This document shows, piece by piece, positions 13,401 to 27,282 of a DNA stretch of 64,000 nt; the stretch's first letter is position 1; each line of letters begins with the position of its first letter. The position numbers and the translations under genes are program-made. The stretch is taken from NCBI GenBank assembly GCA_964016885.1, contig OZ024740.1, positions 350,672,001 through 350,736,000 on the forward strand. The letters run 5' to 3'. The stretch is from Eledone cirrhosa. Lineage: Eukaryota. The notes beneath the pieces are model-generated. The model did no database searches. It was not told the DNA's origin and saw only the letters and a list, made by a program, of their open reading frames with translations.

Positions 13401-15596
13401 TTCGGAGGCCTCTTGGCGGACGTCTACTGCAACTGGCAACAGAACGGGAGAATTCCGAGTTCTGTGAGCCGAGGAGCGGTGGCACTGCTGAGACAGGATC
13501 CGAACAAGGGGGATAACATAGATAATTTCCGGCCCATAACTCTGCTAAACACAGAGTTCAAGATTTTGGCGAAGGTGCTAGCAAAGAGGTTGGCGCTTGT
13601 CGTTGGTGGTCTGGTGGGAGAGGCGCAGACATGCGCCATTCCCGACAGATCCATCCACGACAACCTCCACCTCATGCGATACATCGTAGAGAGGGTAGCT
13701 AGGGAACCGGGCACGGGTGGGTCCTTGATCAATTTAGATCAGTCGAAAGTTTTCGATAGGGTCGACCATCGTTACCTAGCGGCTGTCCTGAGGGCGGCTG
13801 GCTTTGGGCCCGTCTTCAGAGGCTGGATCGCTGCCATGCACAGCGACATCTGCTCTGTGGTGAGAGTGAACGGTCACCTGTCGGAACCGTTCAGCATCAT
13901 GCGCTCGATCCGCCAAGGATGCCACCTCTCGTCCCTCTTGTACGTATTGACTCTCGAGCCATTACTGCACAAACTGGAGACGTTGAGGGGGGTTCCGCGC
14001 GAACTAGGATGCGGAAGATCCGTGTCAGCATATGCAGACGATCTCACCGTAGTGGTGTCGAACGCCAAACACATCGAGGCGATCGGCACTACACTAAGAG
14101 AATACGAAGCGGTGACAGGAGCAATGATCAACCAGGAAAAGTCAGTGGGCCTGCAGCTCGGCACCTGGAGAGGCAGGTCCATGCCGTCCAACAGCATCGT
14201 CGGACGCTGGACGGACGGACCGGTTAGACAAAAACTGGGACGAGGTGACGAGCAGGGTGGCTTCTCTCACCCAGAAATGGGCGGAGAGGAAGCTATCCCT
14301 GAAAGGTCGAGCAGAGGTGGCTAACGCGTACATCGCGTCTGTCATCTGCTACCGCCTGACCATCGTACCTTGTCCTAAGCCTCGCCTGACTGCGCTGGCG
14401 CTTTTTGTGGAAGGGACGCGCTCCGATGGTCAGGCGGTCCATCTGTTGTCAACACCCACTACGTGGAGGGCTGGGAATGCCGTGGCTGATGATGCGCAGG
14501 CACGCGCTCAGGCTACTACATCTCCACCTCTTCCTCGACGGTCTCCAGGTGTGGTCGCCGTTTGCTAGACACGTATTTCCCCAGCTCGTTTCCTTGACGG
14601 AGCTGCAGTCCTAGGTCAAGCGAAGACCGAGAGGGAGCGCCTGGAGACTGGAATGTCTTCAGACGCTCACAGCCCTCGACCAATCAGGCAATGTGATCGG
14701 TGGAAACTCCACCTCGGCGTTCTATAGAGGATTAGTGGAGGGGAAGAGCGACGACGTACTTGGGGAAACTCTAGGCGTCGACGAAAATCAACTAGCCAAT
14801 CTCTTCCGAAGAACTTTCGGGCCAGGGCCTATGGACAACTTCCAGAAATCTCTGGCCTGGCAGTGCTACCGAGGAGCCTTGCCAGTTCGGGATAAACTCT
14901 ACAGGCATGGAGGTGCCGTCAGCCGGGCATGTCCGAGATGCGCACAGGGCGACGAAACCGTCCTGCACGCACTCGTCCAGTGTCCGAAAATTGCTGACTT
15001 GTGGGTTTATGTCGAACACCTGCTGTCGTGTGTAGGACGGATCCGGCTATCATCTGAGTCCATCGTGAGGATTGCCCCGCCCTCTTCCTTTACCTGGGAA
15101 GGGCAGGCAGTTTTTATCTGTCTGATGGCCATGGCGAAAGAGATAGTATGGTGGACACGTTTGAAAGGGCTGAAGACGAGCACTTACCTCTTCGGTGATA
15201 CCATGATTGACTTTTTCAAATTTCATTTGAAAAGGAAAATCAGAGTAGAAAGGGAAGTGCTCTCTTCCCAGCATTTTGTTGAAATATGGGTGAGAGAAGC
15301 AAGAATGGCCCGAGTGAATGGGCCTACTCTGAGTATATATCTGTAAATTAAAGGTGGAAAACTGGGAGAGGACACTTGCCTTGGTGGTCAGGGTCACTGT
15401 GGCCTTTTTACTGGGCTTTCTCCACAAATGTCCCTCCGAAGTCTCCCCCCTATTGGGGAATTTTTCATTGTTATTTTTTTGTTACATCCTCTGTTTTTGT
15501 TTTTTACACGCAGAAATGCCCATTTGTACCGTACTGTATTGTCCTGCACTGTCCTTAATGTCTACTTTATGTAAACCCTTGTGGTTAATAAAGAAA

Positions 15597-15598
<2 letters not shown>
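10457..15598 (+). mobile_element. Tx1/L1-clade LINE copy 2, both ends intact, ~810-bp internal deletion of the endonuclease region
   Basis: ORF1 from ATG near 10673; ORF 12666-14324 with RT motifs (YADD); 14693-15346 zf-RVT-like (CPRC..ETVLHALVQC); (ATT)n on both sides. Confidence 0.93.
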
Positions 15599-15653
<55 letters not shown>

Positions 15654-15654
15654 T

Positions 15655-16230
15655 CTAGCAGTCGTACCCGTCGTTGCACGGGATAAGGTATTTTGGAACG
15701 CGGGCCACCAACAGACCTAATCCTGGAAAAACTGCAAGCCTGGACAATATGTAAAGAAAATAAACCGAATACTCTGATGGCTGGATAACCTTTAAGATTT
15801 TCCTCGATGAAGCAGGAAAAATGCAGGTTTTCACCTAATGCTGGCCCTAGGGGATCAAGAAAATGAATTTGTTTTTATGTGCACAATATGCCCTGAAATT
15901 TCAGGAAAATCGGCTAGACGTAACGCCTCAAAAAAGCCATAAAAAGCTGAAAAAATGAAGTTTTTCACCTAATGCGGGCCCTAGGCCATAAAAAAGTTGG
16001 ATTTTCTTTGCTCACGGTATGAAGAAGAGACTGACTAATACATAGTTACAATTTCAAGGAAATCGGTCTGATGTAATGCCTCAAAAAAACCCTAAAAATA
16101 TTTAAAACGCAGTTTTTGACCTAGGGGATCAAAAAGTTGAATTTTATTTGCATAACACTTCCTGAAACATAAGTAATACACATGTAAAGTTTGAAAAAAA
16201 AATCGTTTGGGTACTTCTCTAGTTTTGGGG

Positions 16231-16318
<88 letters not shown>

Positions 16319-16355
16319 ACACCCACACAGACATTCTCAGTTTTATATATATAGA
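15655..16355 (-). mobile_element. Non-autonomous Helitron
   Basis: Minus strand starts TC (TCTATATATATAAAACTG), has a (TG)n tract and internal subrepeats, and ends with hairpin CCCGT-GCAACG-ACGGG about 8 nt before terminal CTAG. Confidence 0.75.
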
Positions 16356-19300
16356 TAACTGTGGTGGATTGGCAGTATCGGTAGAGGGTCGAACACCATG
16401 CTTTTGATGCATAGAGTTACGGCCCTTGCCATTCTGAGTTCAAATCCCAACGAGGTTAACTTTGCCTTTCATCCTTACGGGGTCGATAAAATAAAGCACC
16501 AGTAATGCACTGGATAATTGCTGGCCTTGTGCCAAAAGTATAAACAATTATTATATATAACTGTGGACACATCTAAGAAGATAAGAGGAAAAAACACTGA
16601 AAACACTTAAATGTCGGTTTAAAGCATTTGTTTGTTTTTTTTTTCTAAGTCAAAAGTGAGATTAGGTTGTAACTTTTTTCTTAGTCAAAAGTGTGAGTTT
16701 TTTCTGTGAGTTATTTTTCCACCTGTGATTATGTTTCAATTCACCTTGGTAATATATCATGGTTTACAAAAGACAAAGGTTGGCGAGTCGTCAGACGAGA
16801 ATTTTAAAGTTTCAGGAATAGTCCTTTGTCTCATTCATTATTTTTTCTTTTTATCGATTTTTGGCTTTTTTTCAATTTTTGTATTTTATGTATTTCTTCA
16901 TCTTAGCATATCTTTTTTCTCATTACTGCCTCTTGCTCAGTTATTTCCTCCTTTCGTCTCTATATTTCCCCCTCCTATATATTATTTCATTTCTCACTAT
17001 ATACTTACTTTACCTCTATATCACTCCGTATATATCTATTTCTCTACTTCTCTTTTGAAACTACTATTCGATTTGTTGCTTTTTTACTAACCCACTTCTA
17101 TTTTCTTTCTCACCTTACCCTGCTTTACATCATGATTTCTTCATTTCCTTCACTCTGATTCTGTCCTTCTTTCCTGTTTTTAATCTATTTTGTTTCAAAT
17201 TATATTTTCTTTATTGGCTTCTCCTTTGCATCTCCCTCATCGTTATCAAGACTATAGAGGATCGGGCGCCATGCTTTGACGCATTGAGTTACGGCCCTTG
17301 CCATTCTGAGTTCAAATCCCGCCGATGTTAACTTTGCCTTTCATCCTTACGGGATCGATAAAATAAAGTACCAGTAATGCACTGGGTGATTGCTGGCCTT
17401 GTGCCAAAAGTAGAAACAATTATTATCATCATCGTCATCTCAATAACAGAGCAAACTCTGCCTCAAATTACACGCTAGAGTCTAATTTATATATTTTTAT
17501 ACCTCATTTATCAATTCAATAAATTTCAATTAAATTATATAATGTTTGCAATGAAAAAGAAAAACAATTATGACAAAGAAAAGTTAAATAACCAAAGGGA
17601 GAGCAGCGAAGGAGCGGCAGACTCTACAACACAGTGTAAGCTCTATATCTCAGCAGCGCTCCGTGGACAAAATGGTGACGGCATTGTGACGCGGTGAACA
17701 GACAGTGACACACACAGCATCAGGTATTCTACGTAAAGGAGCCCTTTCTTCAGACGGGATGCCCTCCTCCGAATTTTTGCGGACGTAAACGGCAGTTCGT
17801 GAGCCAAGAACACCAGAGCTCTCAAAGAAGACCGGCACGAAAAAGAAGCGATCAGTCTGTGCCCGAAGCGTCATGGCTAGAGGCGTAGACCGAATTGCAG
17901 CACGTGATGCTCCATATTAGAGTAAATGTGTGTGTGGAGGGGGGGGGGAGCTTAATGGATAATATGATTCTAGAAAAAGTATTTGAAAAGAAAAACAGGA
18001 AGCTCATGACTGGAACGCTGTTAATCATAGTTTTGCTTGGTCAATGTATTATCACCGTCACCGTCGCCATCATCAACACATCATCTATGTTACCATTTTC
18101 CTTTCTCCAACGTTCCTTCCCACTCCACCTTATACTCTACTCCTTTTTCTTCGACACTTTCCTCTCGCTTCATCATCGTTTTATTCCTCTCCCTTTCCTT
18201 TCCTCCCTCCCTCTATTCTACCTTCTACTTCCCCACCCCTCCTCTATATCGTCATTTCCCGTTCGGCTTCGTCACCATTTTCTCTCTGTTCTAATTTACC
18301 ATATTCTTCACATTCCCCCCCCCCCCCATCTTGACCTTCTATGTTTGATCTGAATTTATTAAGGACAAATGTCCTTGCTTCCATCTGTCCTCTTCTGTTC
18401 TATCATTTTCTCTTTCTTAACTTCTTTCATATAAATTTATTTGTTGCGTTATTTGTGGTTGTTTATATATTTTACTCTTTTCTTTTTACATTATTTCATC
18501 TGTAATTATGATGACGATGATGATGACCATAATCATCATTATCATCATCATTAGTATTGTCCCCTTTCTTTTCTTCTTTGTCTTCATCGTTTTCTTTTTT
18601 TTACATTTTCAGTTTTCTCCTCCCCACCTCTTGTGCCTTTTTTTATATTCGTTATTTATTTCTTTAGTCGGCTTCTAGCAAAGCAACTCACTTGCTCACC
18701 TCCTACTTCGCTGTAAACGATTAACCACCACCCACTAACTTACTTCCGTTTGACATGCACCCGTTCACTTTCCTACGAATTATGGTCATTGAGTGAAAAG
18801 CTGACCTCCTTGTCACTTGAAGAGTGTAGTCGACGGGTGCGCCGTTGTTTTAGTAACGATGAGAAGGTGGGATTATGAACGAGGGAAATGGAGGTGGTGT
18901 GATACTATTCCTAGTTAGCAGTTTGGTGCTCCTCGCATACATTTGTTAAAATTTTTAGTTTGCTTTATTTTTGATTCCTTTCGTTTCGTCAGGTTTTGTG
19001 GAGTTGGGTGAGGCAGAGGTTGGATTTGGTGATAGCTAAAGGGAATGAGTTTAAGAAAACAGAACGGAGTTGTGTGTATGCGTTAGGGATGTGAGAAATG
19101 TGTCCGTTTGGTGTCGAACATTAAATTTCACTAGAGCAAGAGAAAAAGGAACGACGTTAAGGGCGATTATGATGATAACGTTGATAAGCGGTAGATCTTA
19201 ATGATGAAGGCAGTTAAAACAAAAAAAAACACAACTGAAAAGGCGCGAGTGTAATACTAAGAGGGGAAAAGAACTAGTGTATTCTGCTCAGTTTTATTTT

Positions 19301-19593
19301 GTTCTATACATTTTTATTTTCCCTATGGTAAGCAAACTCCACCCCAGTCTTCGTTCAAAATCTCCACCTCCTCTTTCTATGTACGTATGTATGTATGGTT
19401 GGTGGTTATTCAGTATAGTGAAGTATATCTATATTTGTAATATAATCTACCGCTGTTCTCCTTGAGTTTAATATAGGTTGCAATACGATTGGTTTTTGCA
19501 CTCAAGTAGCCCCAGCTGAAGACCAACCCAGTAGGTCAAAAAGGTCAGCTGTACCACAATTTACCAGCTTTCTAAAACTTAAATGTCGCTTTA

Positions 19594-19693
<100 letters not shown>

Positions 19694-19901
19694 ATTGAAG
19701 TTAGAATTATATAGGCATGTAAACATGCCAAATATATTTCACTGTAAATTGAAAACAATGATAAACAATGTTCGAATCTAATTGGGTTTCCATCAGAAGT
19801 TATATATAACATATAAACAACCACAATGAAACACGTAACCGAGGGGCTTATGAGCCCCCTCCCCCTATTGTAGTTACGATATATATCATGATACAAAAAT
19901 A

Positions 19902-19943
19902 CCATCTGATGAGAACGAAAATAGGTTCGAAAATCGCCTAAGG
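19902..19943 (+). ncRNA. Degenerate type I hammerhead ribozyme
   Basis: CTGATGA-GAAC..GTTC-GAAA; stems I and III poor. Confidence 0.4.
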
Positions 19944-20195
19944 AATTCACAATGACTTGATGATACTGTGGTGAAGCTAACTCTGACCAATACATAGTGG
20001 CCTTATATGTCCCTTTTGGTGATGCTGGGAGGCTATCTATTCTACGTCATATGTCACCGGTGCTTTGAGAAAGCAACACCAAATATCAGACCGGGTCAAA
20101 TCAATGGATCGAAACAACAGGAGTAAATTTTATTTCTTCTTCATGTATTTATTTCTGTTCAAATTCTAGCCGTTTGATGCGGACCTTCACAATCG

Positions 20196-20326
<131 letters not shown>

Positions 20327-20811
20327 TAAACGGAATAGAAAATGCTGACAAATTGTTCACAGTGAAAAATAGTTTAATTACGAATAAGTGAGAATTAGTA
20401 ATTGTATTGGTTAGTATTCAGTTTTGGTTTTAAGTTTTACCGGTTGCGCATTTCTAATGGTTTTCAAAAATAATTTTGAGATAGAGCGTCCGTGATGTTT
20501 GCTCTGATCTGTATATATATATATAGTAGTGAAAGTAACGTAATTTCGAATGATTAGCGGCCTTTAGACTCACCTGATCAATGAAACAATTGTTAATACT
20601 ATAAATAAAACCCTTTTTATACAGCCTACCATGTTATTCTACACTCTTTCACTACTATTAGTGCAAGAATAACCTGCATGGGACTTCTCGCGAACTCGAT
20701 ACCTAACTATAGAAACCTATTGTTGAGTCAAACAACGCTGTACGTTAAAATTATTCCACAGTACAGAGTACTCACAACCTCTAACTGGATTACCTAAAAC
20801 GATAACTTATC

Positions 20812-20898
<87 letters not shown>

Positions 20899-20940
20899 GG
20901 AATACTGTTGGGTTTTTGCTACAATATTTTCTATACCTTT

Positions 20941-20989
<49 letters not shown>

Positions 20990-20993
<4 letters not shown>

Positions 20994-21170
20994 CGAAGGA
21001 AATGTGGTAAGGAACGAGATGGACCATAACGCACCAGAGTACTCAATACTTAGGGTAGTAGAGTGGGAAATAGGAAAAAATATGACCCCGACGGCAGAGC
21101 TCAAGCCGTTTCGACGGCTATTTCCAGAAATAGCCGGCGAAACGGCTTGAGCTCTACCGTCGGTGTCATA
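20990..21170 (-). mobile_element. PLE pLTR fragment with fold-back hairpin (21081-21170); related copy at 63310-63520
   Basis: ~43-bp inverted arms; in (TA)n; homologous to 63386-63520. Confidence 0.65.
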
Positions 21171-21185
21171 CTTTATATATATATA

Positions 21186-22650
21186 TTGTTATACTTGGGG
21201 AGGGTCATATTGTTGTAATAATATTGCCAGAAATAAAAACAGAACACACGTACTGTTTGGTTGGTTTTCGCTTCTGTATCTTTTATAACTCCGCACTTAA
21301 TTCATTCGGTCCTCAATGTTTACCATTAACTGACCAACGGTCAAAAATACAGATATAATATAGATATAAACACATATATATAGTCTAAAAAGTTCTTTCG
21401 TTGCACATCTGCAATATCATCGGTGGTGCTATTATGTTCCTCCTGTTGTATTATTGTATATCTACGCCATTTTTATTTTATCTGTTTATTTACTTATTTA
21501 TTTTTGTCTTGTTCTCTGCGCATGCGTTTGCGTGTGTGTATAGTGTTTGGTGTGTGTTCGCGTTTGGGTGACTGTGTTTTGGTTATTGTATTCTATCTTA
21601 GTTTACTCATGTGCGTTTATATGCGTTTGTTGTTATTGTGCTTGTGTATATATTTATTTATTCATTTATTTATTTATATTTCTCTTGGTATTCCATTCAT
21701 TTTTTCTGTTTAGCTTTCGCCTTCTAAGTTCTATTTCACTTGCCTCTCTGATTTGCCTATCTGTTGGGTCAATTCTATGTTTAGATATTATTTTAATTTC
21801 TATGTTGTCTATGTTACCGACATGTTGTTGTCTGGTGTGTTCGTATAGGACCGAACCATTTTTCCGCCCTTTTAGTTCCCCCCAATGTTGGTCTATCCTT
21901 TCACCTATGCTACGGGCTGTCTCGCCTATGTATGTTGTTGTCATGTTTCTGCAAGTACCCTCTGTACATCTTATGCTATAGACTACGTTTCAAGTTTTAC
22001 AGTTTATCTGGGGGTTTACTTTACATATAACACATTTCCTATTAGTACAGTTGGTTTTCTTAAAAGGGTATGTTTTGCTGATCAGGAATTTTATGGTAGT
22101 TTCTGGCTTTTCTACCACTTTAATCTTTAAGTGGGTCTTTCTCAGGGTCCTTTTACACTGGTTAGCTAATTTCCCTCTGGAGGTAGCGTCCACGAACATT
22201 ACACTCTGGTATCTCTGGTTGTCGTACCATGAGGTGGCTTTCCCTATCTTATGTTTAGTCCTATCTAAGCTATTCCATGATTTGCTCCTGTATAATGGGC
22301 AAATCCCTTTCATGTCCAGTTCTATGAGTGTCTTATACTTCTCCGTGGCTTCTTTGTATACTCTGATTCTGTCTCTTTGGTTGTAGCCAGAGAACTGCAT
22401 GCGGTTGATGAAGTGTTGGATGTGTCTTTTCATTTCTGTTGGGTCGTACATGCGGGACACGTTCTTCATCACTCGTACCAAGTCTGCGATCAGAATATTA
22501 AACTTAGCACTACTGGACATTGCTGAGTTTTTGAGTATCTGGTATTTGGAGGCCATGGATTTAGTGTAGTGCGAGTGGATAATTTGGGCTCTCTCGTCTA
22601 TAGTGTTAATCCAGAGTTCCATGTCTAATACAGGTAGTCTACTGTTAGGG
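21186..22650 (-). mobile_element. Penelope-like element, 5'-truncated (RT thumb, Cys motif, C-terminal GIY-YIG, pLTR with HHR at about 21385-21430)
   Basis: LPVLDMELW..HYTKSMAS..; CxxxxCxxC; VVYSIRC..YIGETARSIGERIDQH; pLTR homologous to 62660-62915. Confidence 0.82.
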
Positions 22651-23523
22651 TGTTAATCCAGTGTTCTAAGTGGGTTGCTAACCCACTTAGAATACTGGAT
22701 TAACCCCTTTACTTTCCCCAGAGGAGAGATATGATCTGGAAATATCAGGATAAATTAAGGTAAAAGACTAATTGTCAGCGCTATCTTTTACAAATATATT
22801 TATATTCTATATCCAAACCTGCATTGTTCTGGCCTTCTAACTTCAAACGTTTATACTTCACTACACAATGCTTCAAGTAAACTACCAATTCCTTATATTT
22901 ATATATATATATATATACTTCCTTCTTGTATTATTATCTCCTAGCCTTAATGATTAATTGATTAATGTAATTAGACAATTCTATTGATTTGTTAATTGTT
23001 TATGTTTGTTTCATAACATCTAGTTGAGAACTTTTATTCGGTTTGTGTAAAGGATATAAATCCTTTGTTCAAATTTTGAATTTCATCGCCAAGACCGGGG
23101 GTTACCTCCCTTCGGATAAACCACGTGACTACTGGCGGTGTTTACTGCTAGTTTTTACAACCGGTGGCGGCAGAACGAAAACTTGTTGACGAAGTAAATT
23201 CCACTGTTCTGCCTTCCAAAACCAATAACATGCAGGCCCCTGCAAATGGATTTTATTGATTTCGGATTTACAGAAACCTAGCGGAGATATTATATATCTC
23301 CACGATGGTGCAGGTATGTGAACATTTTCCTGAGTCGGTTCTTTTCGTTGTTCTGGTCCTAAGCGGCTCGCTTATCGGTCGTTGTCTTTAATTTGCATAG
23401 CTATCTAAACGTAATGTATAAACTCTAAAGTAAAATTCCTTATTGAGTGCTTTAGCTGTATATTTCGACTGCATTCGTTAGCTTGGCTGCAACCAGAACT
23501 TCGATTATGCTGTACTTCCTTCT

Positions 23524-23610
<87 letters not shown>

Positions 23611-23613
23611 ATG

Positions 23614-23670
<57 letters not shown>

Positions 23671-23766
23671 ATGTATATGTGTATGTATATGTGTATGTAT
23701 ATATATATGTCTGTATGTGTGTGTATATATATGTATATATATATATATGTGTGTGTATATGTATGC

Positions 23767-23822
<56 letters not shown>

Positions 23823-23919
23823 ATGTATATGTGTATGTATATGTGTATGTATATATATATGTCTGTATGTGTGTGTATATATATGTATATATATATATAT
23901 GTGTGTGTATATGTATGCG

Positions 23920-23994
<75 letters not shown>

Positions 23995-24146
23995 ACAGCC
24001 GGTCACTTTTATCCTTATGGCTTAGTATAATTGATTTTTTATATGGTTGATTGTGCTGTTTGGCAGAGGAAATGGAGTATATATTTTCTTTATCTAATAA
24101 TTCTGTAGACATGATTTATAATAATTATATATATATATATATATAT

Positions 24147-24725
24147 ATGAATAAAGTTAGTCCTTCATCAGTGATCTTCCAACCTTCATTGGTATTTCAT
24201 CGCTTTAAAGACCATATACCTCCGGTTGGTGCGAGCAACAGCTAAAGAAAGTCGTTGGGACACGCAAATAAGGGGAACGAGCGAGACTGTAAATAAACAA
24301 AGGTGGCAATGCAACGAAAAGTTAGGAAGAAAGAGTCAAGTCCCAGATTTCCATGAATATAAATTCGGTGAAGTTGTGAACGAAAGAGAATAAAGACCAT
24401 CAAACCTAGTCGAAATGTGAGCAAGGAAGGAATTCCGCACAGGTCTAACGGGAGGAAGGAGGAGTCTAGTCCCAGAATTCGGTGAACATAAGTTCTGTGA
24501 AATCGTAGACAACAGAGAAAAAAGGAACAACCAGCTTGGTCAAGCGTGCGCGAGAAAAGAATTACGCACAGGTCAAACGGGAGGAAGTAGGAGAGGTAGT
24601 AGCAGAGCGTGAGTGAGTGAAGGGTGAGGAAGAGGCTAACAGAGAGAGTGACTGTTAGAGAGGGTAAAGATACAGAGAAAGAGGAAGCAGTAAGAACGAA
24701 ATAGACGGGTCACAGCGGAGGAAAA
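24147..24725 (-). mobile_element. Retrozyme-like non-coding repeat, subfamily 1 (copy B)
   Basis: About 90% similar (by eye) to 25035-25615; flanked by TA-rich tracts. Confidence 0.85.
24160..24261 (-). ncRNA. Rearranged kink-turn hammerhead-like ribozyme (copy B)
   Basis: Same fold as 25499-25600; third K-turn pair is A.G. Confidence 0.75.
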
Positions 24726-24910
24726 TATATGTGTATATATATATAAAATATATTATATATATATGTAATTGAGATAAGCGGAGGAAGTAAGATTCAAACT
24801 TGCACCGCTTATCACAATTTTATAGTTCTAGTATGTCAAATTAATACTATAGAACAACCACTGTATCATAGGCACCCTATATATTTCCAGGGATACTTAG
24901 TACCTCTGGA

Positions 24911-25655
24911 GATCTTTAAAGCGATGAAATACCAATGATGGTTGGAAGATCACTGATGAAGGACTAACTTTATTCATATGTAACCCATTAGCAACCACGC
25001 AGCACGTTTATTCTCATATTTACACATATTTATTCCCCCGCTATGACCCGTCTATTTCGTTCTTACTGCTTCCTCTATCTCTGTATTTTTACCCTCTCTA
25101 ACAGTCACTCTCTCTGTTAGCCTCTTTCTCACCCTTCACTCACTCACTCTCTGTTACTACCTCTCCTCCTCCTCCTTCTTCCCGTTTGACCTGTGCGTAA
25201 TTCTTTTCTTTCGCACCCTTGGTCTGGCAGGTCGCTTTTTTTCTCTCTCTCGTCTACGATTTCACAGAACTTACGTTCACCGAATTCACTGACTAGATCC
25301 CTTCTTCCTCCCGTTAGACCTGTACGGAATTCCTTCCTTGCTCACATTCCAACCAGGTTTGATGGTCTTTAATCTCTCTCGTTCACGATTTCACCGAACT
25401 TATATTCATGGAAATTTGGGACTTGACTCCTGCATCCTCATTATTCGTTGCTTCACCATCTTTGTTTGTTTACACTCTCGTGTCCCCTTTATTTACGTGT
25501 CCCAACGACTTTTTTTAGCCGTTGCTCGCACCAACCGGAGGTATATGGTCTTTAAAGCGATGAAATACCAATGATGGTTGGAAGATCACTGATGAAGGAC
25601 TAACTTTATTCATATGTAACCCATTAGCAACCACGCAGCACGATTATTCTCATAT
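24911..25655 (+). mobile_element. Retrozyme-like non-coding repeat, subfamily 1; 636-nt unit with ~110-nt terminal direct repeat
   Basis: 24911-25020 recurs at 25547-25656; no meaningful ORF. Confidence 0.88.
25499..25600 (+). ncRNA. Rearranged (non-circularly permuted) kink-turn hammerhead-like ribozyme (copy A); predicted cut after 25545
   Basis: GGTA-TA^TGGTCTT..GCGA-T-GAAA-TACC..AAGATCA-CTGATGA-A-GGAC; helices covary with subfamily 2. Confidence 0.78.
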
Positions 25656-25740
25656 TTATATATATATATATGTAATATGTATATATGTATATTTGCTATC
25701 ACCACTTGTGTAGAAGAAAGTTAAATAACAGCCTACCAAT

Positions 25741-26835
<1,095 letters not shown>

Positions 26836-26924
26836 AATGTTATTGGAGGTCTGGAATGGGGGTGATGGGGGTGGGTTGAGGTGGTGTGGGTGAACTGGAA
26901 TTTAAACAGTTTGCACCTTTTTGT

Positions 26925-27282
26925 CTGTGTATGTATGTATGTGTGTAGGTAGGTATGTATATATGTAGGTGTATATGTAGGTATGTATGTATATGTGTAG
27001 TTATGTGTATGTATGTATGTGGGTATGTGTAGGTATGTATGTATATATGTAGGTATGTATGTATATATGTAGGTATGTGTGTATGTATGTATATATGTAG
27101 GTATGTATGTGTGTATGTAGGTATGTATGTATGTGTGTATGTAGGTATGTATGTGTGTGTGTATGTATATATGTAGGTATGTATGTGTGTATGTATGTAT
27201 ATATGTAGGTATGTATGTGTGTATGTAGGTATATATGTATATATGTAGGTATGTATGTATATATTTAGGTATGTATGTATGT
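26925..27282. repeat. (TATG/TAGG)n compound microsatellite
   Basis: Read directly. Confidence 0.9.

Noticed and set aside
21990-21992. In-frame TGA in the PLE ORF as selenocysteine (as in some Naiad PLEs)
   Set aside because: Not at a Cys position (CKT*NVVY), likely CGA->TGA decay; GIY-YIG is C-terminal here and no SECIS was recognised
23452-24050. Long YI/HT/CV-repeat ORFs here and at about 30400, 32100, 47200, 51560 and 53560
   Set aside because: Translations of (TA)n/(CA)n microsatellites, which lack stop codons
25531-25600. Box C/D snoRNA reading of ATGATG..CTGA
   Set aside because: The K-turn partner GA lies upstream, and GAAA, the UH site and stems I-III fit a hammerhead; no guide sequence evident
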